The notes below the pieces were generated by a model, which made no database searches, was not told where the DNA came from, and worked only from the letters and a program-made list of their open reading frames with translations. Source: a virus. From it: 64,000 nt of DNA. Below are positions 59,501-64,000 of the stretch, piece after piece. The position numbers were made by a program, and so were the translations under genes. The DNA is taken from the UHGV virus genome UHGV-1368192. The stretch is one strand, 5' to 3'. Positions within the stretch are counted from its first letter, which is position 1; every line of letters starts with the position of its first letter.

Positions 59501-60052
59501 TTAGATGTACCCCTCTAAGTGAAACACGTAGATTACCTCTTCGCCTTTCTTCTCAGGGTGGGGGCCATTTATCATTACTACACTGCTCATATAGCACCTA
59601 TCCTCAAGCACGTCCTCTGGCTTTAACTTTTCAGACAGCATGATGGGGATGGTATTTAGATCATCCCAGGTCTTTATGATATGCCGTGCGTAGTCCTCCT
59701 TATTATCGAAGAAGCCGTAGTACATCTCCATTACATCCTGTGGATCTACATCTCCCTTCAGATCATCAATGTACAGCTCATAGGCAATTAGCTCCTCATC
59801 GTTTAGAGTCCCTACAGCCTTAAAGAAGTTATCCTTGATGATCTCCTTGCTCTCCCAGTCCACAAGGGCTGCAGGCATATCAAATCCGATAGAGTGCTTT
59901 TCCCAGCCATTAGACAGATATTCCTGTAGCTCATTGGCAAACTGGTCCTTTGTCATCTTGCCTACGGAGAACCTCTTGTCTTTGTAGACTAGCTCTCCAG
60001 CCTTCATCTTCTTTGCGATCAGGACGATGGCTTCGTCTTTTAATGTATTCAT
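59501..60052 (-). CDS. Small acidic protein; anti-defence candidate.
   Basis: 183-aa ORF. Confidence 0.5.
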   Translation of the reverse strand: MNTLKDEAIVLIAKKMKAGELVYKDKRFSVGKMTKDQFANELQEYLSNGWEKHSIGFDMPAALVDWESKEIIKDNFFKAVGTLNDEELIAYELYIDDLKGDVDPQDVMEMYYGFFDNKEDYARHIIKTWDDLNTIPIMLSEKLKPEDVLEDRCYMSSVVMINGPHPEKKGEEVIYVFHLEGYI

Positions 60053-60558
60053 TGTTGTTCTTTCTTGAATGATTCTTTTGTGATGATGGTGTGATGCTTG
60101 GCGATGTCGTAGTCTATCATTCCATCCGTTATCTCGTCTGTGGCAACGAAGATATCCACCTCGTCCTTTTCCTTGTCGTATGAGGCGTGGTACAAGATAG
60201 AGCTTTCATCTGGGTACTCCTCATTGATTATCGAGGTAAGCTCTCTGGCGGTACCAGCATTAAGACCATCAGCTTCCTCATAGAAGTTGACAAGATTTTC
60301 CTGTACCATCTTGATGAGTCGGATCTGGCCGTCTTCCCATCCCTGGATACCCTCTACAGGGCTCCAGCTTACGTCTCCTTGATCAGCCAAGGCCTTGAGT
60401 TCCTCGGCAGTCTTGTCGTACTTGATGCTGATGTATAGATCTGCTGATTCATAGTTGCCTTCTGAACAGACCGTTTCTAAGCCTGTGGTCATTGTTATGA
60501 CAAACTCAGCCCCATTGATCTTGACTGGGTTGCCCTGCATTCTTATGATTTCTCTCAT
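60049..60558 (-). CDS. Small acidic protein; anti-defence candidate.
   Basis: 169-aa ORF. Confidence 0.5.
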   Translation of the reverse strand: MREIIRMQGNPVKINGAEFVITMTTGLETVCSEGNYESADLYISIKYDKTAEELKALADQGDVSWSPVEGIQGWEDGQIRLIKMVQENLVNFYEEADGLNAGTARELTSIINEEYPDESSILYHASYDKEKDEVDIFVATDEITDGMIDYDIAKHHTIITKESFKKEQQ

Positions 60559-60564
60559 TGTTTC

Positions 60565-61188
60565 TTACTTAATATCGATTGGTACATCTAGCTGCTTGAG
60601 GAAGATCCTACCCTTGTAGGCCTCATAGCAAGCCTTCACTGCCTCTTCCTCAGCCATATCGAATGAGGAGAGGAATTGGAATTGAGGAAAGCGATGATCC
60701 ATCCAGCGCTTATTTCCGTGAATGAAGTCCTCAAGATTAGCATAGCCCTTACCTACCAGCTGCATCCTGAAGAGTGCAGGCTCGCAGACATACATAGGCC
60801 AGTCGTAAGGCTGTCCTGGCTTTCCCTTGCAGCCTCTGTTGGCCCATTCCTCCCAGACAAGGTAATCCTCCAGCTCTTCCTCAAGAAGGTCTCTGTGGAC
60901 CTTGTAGAAGGCCTGAGAGAGTCTTCCCTCGCAGATAAGCCCTTGAGGAAAGTTAGAGGTGTTGAGGAAGAGGATATCTGGATTCCTCTCCTTAGGGAAG
61001 AGGGCTTTGCAAGCCGCCATATACTCCTCTACAGAGCTATAGTTGCCTGGCGTGGTCCACTTCCCGATGCTTAACTTCTTAGTGTCGTCATTGCGCATAG
61101 CAATGAGCTGTGTCGTGACGTATAGTCGCGCGCGTCTTAGTCCTCCGTCCATATTAGTAGTCTGAAAATACGAAGCCTGGCTTGCCAA
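60565..61188 (-). CDS. Hypothetical protein.
   Basis: 207-aa ORF. Confidence 0.5.
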   Translation of the reverse strand: MASQASYFQTTNMDGGLRRARLYVTTQLIAMRNDDTKKLSIGKWTTPGNYSSVEEYMAACKALFPKERNPDILFLNTSNFPQGLICEGRLSQAFYKVHRDLLEEELEDYLVWEEWANRGCKGKPGQPYDWPMYVCEPALFRMQLVGKGYANLEDFIHGNKRWMDHRFPQFQFLSSFDMAEEEAVKACYEAYKGRIFLKQLDVPIDIK

Positions 61189-61747
61189 TCACTTCGTTGT
61201 CAACGTATGTGTAGTCACTGATGAAGAGGTCTCTCTTGAAGGCATCAAGGTCGAAGTAGAAGTATGGTGATATATTCTCTACCTTCTCGATCTCTTCTCC
61301 GTAGCACTCATTCATTAGCTCCTCTGCGAAGTCCTCTTCGCTGTAGTACTGACCTTTGTATCGGTCCTCAAACTTCGATGCGTCCACTGAGCTTACACTC
61401 CAAGGGTTGTTGTGGTAGTTGTGGATGTAAGCCTCAAAGGCCTCATGTAGATCCTCATCCAGCTCGTCAAACGCATCCTTGGTGGTGAAGAAGGACCAAT
61501 CGATCTCGTTACTGCCTTCCTGATAGATGCGGTCATCATCGATGCCCTCTACCTCAAGGATCTTAACCTCGAGTTCTCCTTCCTCATCGTCCCCATAGTA
61601 TTCCTCTAGGAGATCTTCTACATCTTCCCAGTAGTCTAGATCCTTGAGTTCGATCTCAAGACCTCTCTCATTGGGATCTTCAAGGTATCGCTTGCTTGTG
61701 GTCACTCGTACCTTGGATTCATAGATCTGTTCTCTGATAGTTGCCAT
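61154..61747 (-). CDS. ArdA/Ocr-like DNA-mimic antirestriction protein.
   Basis: Very acidic. DLDYWEDVEDLLEEYY resembles the Ocr segment DLWEDAEDLLNEY. YFDLDAFKRDLFISDY resembles the ArdA segment Y.DY.AYGRDL.LSG. Confidence 0.45.
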   Translation of the reverse strand: MATIREQIYESKVRVTTSKRYLEDPNERGLEIELKDLDYWEDVEDLLEEYYGDDEEGELEVKILEVEGIDDDRIYQEGSNEIDWSFFTTKDAFDELDEDLHEAFEAYIHNYHNNPWSVSSVDASKFEDRYKGQYYSEEDFAEELMNECYGEEIEKVENISPYFYFDLDAFKRDLFISDYTYVDNEVIGKPGFVFSDY

Positions 61748-61770
61748 AGCTGTTGCTTATTAGTTTGTTG

Positions 61771-62145
61771 TTAGAGCTCTACTATTTCGGAGCCGTCGTG
61801 TTCCTTAGCCTCAGGTTTTTCGTATGGTTCTCGCACGGAGCCCTTCTTCAGGTACTTGAAGGCCTCCTGATCCAGCTCGTTCTCAATATCCCTGATGAGC
61901 ATCTCGTAACTCATACGCTCCATACCCAGAGCCACCGATGCTGGCAGGTTACTCATGATCTCCTTACGGAAGCGGCGTGAGGAGAAGAGGCCACCGAACC
62001 ATACTGTCTCTTCCTCATAAAGGAATCCTGTGACCTTGATATTTGATACCTTGAGATCAAGGATAGTACGCTGCTCGTACTTGCGTGTGATGCTTGTGAT
62101 AGCTTTAGTCTCTCGAGTGAAGACAAAGTTCTTGATCGTTTTCAT
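61771..62145 (-). CDS. Hypothetical small protein.
   Basis: 124-aa ORF. Confidence 0.45.
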   Translation of the reverse strand: MKTIKNFVFTRETKAITSITRKYEQRTILDLKVSNIKVTGFLYEEETVWFGGLFSSRRFRKEIMSNLPASVALGMERMSYEMLIRDIENELDQEAFKYLKKGSVREPYEKPEAKEHDGSEIVEL

Positions 62146-62246
62146 TGCGCTTATATTTGTTTTGTTCTTAGTATTTCTATTCTTTCTTTGATTGTACTAC
62201 ATATAGGGGTAATAAGGGGGATCAGCTGCAACTGATCCCCCTTTTC

Positions 62247-63113
62247 CTATTCTCTTAGTGCGTCTTCTTTTGACATAGACCTTAAAGCAATACCGTTGCG
62301 TGCGGCAAATCGTATGGGCTCATCTGTACCCGGGAAGTACACGTTACACACATTGTCCCACTCCCTATCCTCCAGGATCCTCTTGACCGCAAGGTCATTC
62401 TCCTGTAGCCTCGGGATGAACTTAGGCCCGAAGGGTCCGTGTCCTATATACCACATGCCAGAAACACAGGACATCTTGATCTCCTCATCGGACATATCTG
62501 CCATCCTGTATATGACTGCGTGATCGTTGTAGGCGTTAGTAATCTCCTTAGTCAGTCCGGACATCAGGCCTCGCAAGTACGCAACCTTATGCTTAACTGA
62601 TACCTGACTGCTGGAAATCACGTCACCCCTATTAGATACCGCTATGGTATTAAGGACACGGAAACCTCTCTGACCTTCCTTGATGTATAGTAGTGCGCTC
62701 TTCTGTAGCTTGGTGAAGGCGTGCTCATCAAAGACAGTTAGTGTGTCCGTCATCATCCTTTCCTCACGCCTGTGTACCCCAACCAAAACACCATAGGCAA
62801 ACCACTCCCTCTCAGATTCTCTCTCGATCATCAGATAAGAAAGAGGAAGAGTAACAGAAAAAGAAGGAAGGAAAAGACCATCACGCCTTTCCTCAATCTC
62901 TTCTGGCATGACTGCCACTGGTGTCTGTATTGATCCCAACATAGGGATAGGTACATAGGAACAGGTCTTGAGCCTCGTGGGTTCTCCATACATGATACGT
63001 CCCCTACGGAGCCCCTCCTCAGTGAGGAAGGTGCAACCGTTAGCGTCCCTCAATGGTATAGGACCTTTCTCTGCCGTCATCACAACGGTGGATGCTTTAT
63101 ATCCTCTTCGCAT
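62247..63113 (-). CDS. Hypothetical protein; a possible partner of the downstream nuclease.
   Basis: 288-aa ORF that overlaps the nuclease gene. Confidence 0.5.
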   Translation of the reverse strand: MRRGYKASTVVMTAEKGPIPLRDANGCTFLTEEGLRRGRIMYGEPTRLKTCSYVPIPMLGSIQTPVAVMPEEIEERRDGLFLPSFSVTLPLSYLMIERESEREWFAYGVLVGVHRREERMMTDTLTVFDEHAFTKLQKSALLYIKEGQRGFRVLNTIAVSNRGDVISSSQVSVKHKVAYLRGLMSGLTKEITNAYNDHAVIYRMADMSDEEIKMSCVSGMWYIGHGPFGPKFIPRLQENDLAVKRILEDREWDNVCNVYFPGTDEPIRFAARNGIALRSMSKEDALRE

Positions 63114-63894
63114 ATATGTCCTCGATAGAGTTCACTTCTTCAGCGTTGATCTCTTTGTAGTGTCTAACGCCTGAGGAGAGATAGTATTCAAGCTCTGCAG
63201 CGACCTTACGCCACGATGGTACGCTGTGATCACCGATAGAGTAACCTGTGCTACCATCCTTCGTCTGGCTGAACTTAAATGCTAGAGGTCGTGGCGTTCC
63301 GTTGTTACGCACCACGATAAAGTGGAAGTCGTCAAGCTCATAGTCCTTGAACTGCTCATGCTGATTCATCCTAGCCCTGATGATATCATAGTACATCTGA
63401 GCTTGAATGCCGTAGTTCCATTCGATGACTGACTCTGGGAAGTCATCTTCTACCTTGCTGGTGGTCTTGAGGTCAATGATCCTCACAAGCTTCTTAGCGT
63501 GGTCCACAGTGATGATGTCAGCCATACAGCGCAATCCTACACGGCCCATCTTAGCTGTGAACTTCAGCTGGTAGAAGATCTCACCGTCGAAGGGTGGTAC
63601 CTCCAGGACCTTTGATACACCTGTGTTAGCTCGTAGGGCATTCACACACGCCATAGCCTTATCCAGCTGGTCCTGGGTGATGATGTTCTTACCTTGCGTC
63701 TTCCTCACAGCGTCAAAGTACTCAGCACAGCCGTGTACGTTCTTCAGTCGTGAGGACTTGTACCGATCATCGATGTAGTACTTACACTCAATGCATGCCT
63801 TGTGTATCTCTTCCTCAGGAACTTCTACCACCTTACTATAAGTGGTTGAGGAGAGAAGAAGGTCTACAACGTCCTTTAATTTCCCTGATGGCAC
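63097..63894 (-). CDS. PD-(D/E)XK family nuclease.
   Basis: MADIITVD...RIIDLKTTS gives a D...D-x-K motif. There is an N-terminal Cys cluster, CIECK...HGC. Confidence 0.5.
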   Translation of the reverse strand: MPSGKLKDVVDLLLSSTTYSKVVEVPEEEIHKACIECKYYIDDRYKSSRLKNVHGCAEYFDAVRKTQGKNIITQDQLDKAMACVNALRANTGVSKVLEVPPFDGEIFYQLKFTAKMGRVGLRCMADIITVDHAKKLVRIIDLKTTSKVEDDFPESVIEWNYGIQAQMYYDIIRARMNQHEQFKDYELDDFHFIVVRNNGTPRPLAFKFSQTKDGSTGYSIGDHSVPSWRKVAAELEYYLSSGVRHYKEINAEEVNSIEDIYAKRI

Positions 63895-64000
63895 ATTGTC
63901 TTCCTTTCCTACTACATAGCGCTCAGGGAACTCCTCTGGCGCTGTGAAGAGGCAATCGACTAACGAACCGAAGGTTAGTGATGCAGATGTGACCTTGTCG

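Noticed and set aside
1-64000. A diversity-generating retroelement, an integrase or lysogeny module, and stop-codon recoding.
   Set aside because: No reverse-transcriptase (YxDD) or tyrosine/serine recombinase signatures were found. The giant ORFs of 2602, 2623, 1583 and 1376 aa are intact under the standard code, so there is no sign of TAG or TGA reassignment.

Overview
This window reads as roughly two thirds of a crAss-like (Crassvirales-type) podophage genome from a Bacteroidota host. Gene density is near-complete, with ATGA-type start/stop overlaps throughout.

There are three coding blocks:
- 1770-42640 (+): the packaging and virion module. In order: a Gly/Ala-rich virion protein, a possible TerS, TerL with a Walker A motif, a portal-sized protein, a collagen-like fibre, a lysis-like cassette, a scaffold-like acidic protein, an MCP-sized protein, a 1376-aa tail/muzzle-like protein, Gly-zipper cargo-like proteins, and a 2602-aa giant protein with an HEAMH zincin motif.
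- 42720-55339 (-): a convergent block of a 1583-aa protein and a 2623-aa virion RNA polymerase-like protein carrying the crAss-type DFDVD metal motif.
- 55407-63894 (-): an early region with a ThyX-like thymidylate synthase, an autoregulated winged-helix (RepL-like?) gene, a run of about eight small acidic proteins including an ArdA/Ocr-like DNA mimic, and a PD-(D/E)XK nuclease.

The most unusual feature is the 1.77-kb non-coding hub at the window start. It contains G+T-skewed iterons, an array of seven tandem promoter-like repeats each ending in a Bacteroidetes -7 box (TAnnTTTG), tRNA-like elements with a GGTTCGATTCC T-loop, and GC-rich paired repeats.

All functional calls come from motifs and architecture read by eye; no searches were run.
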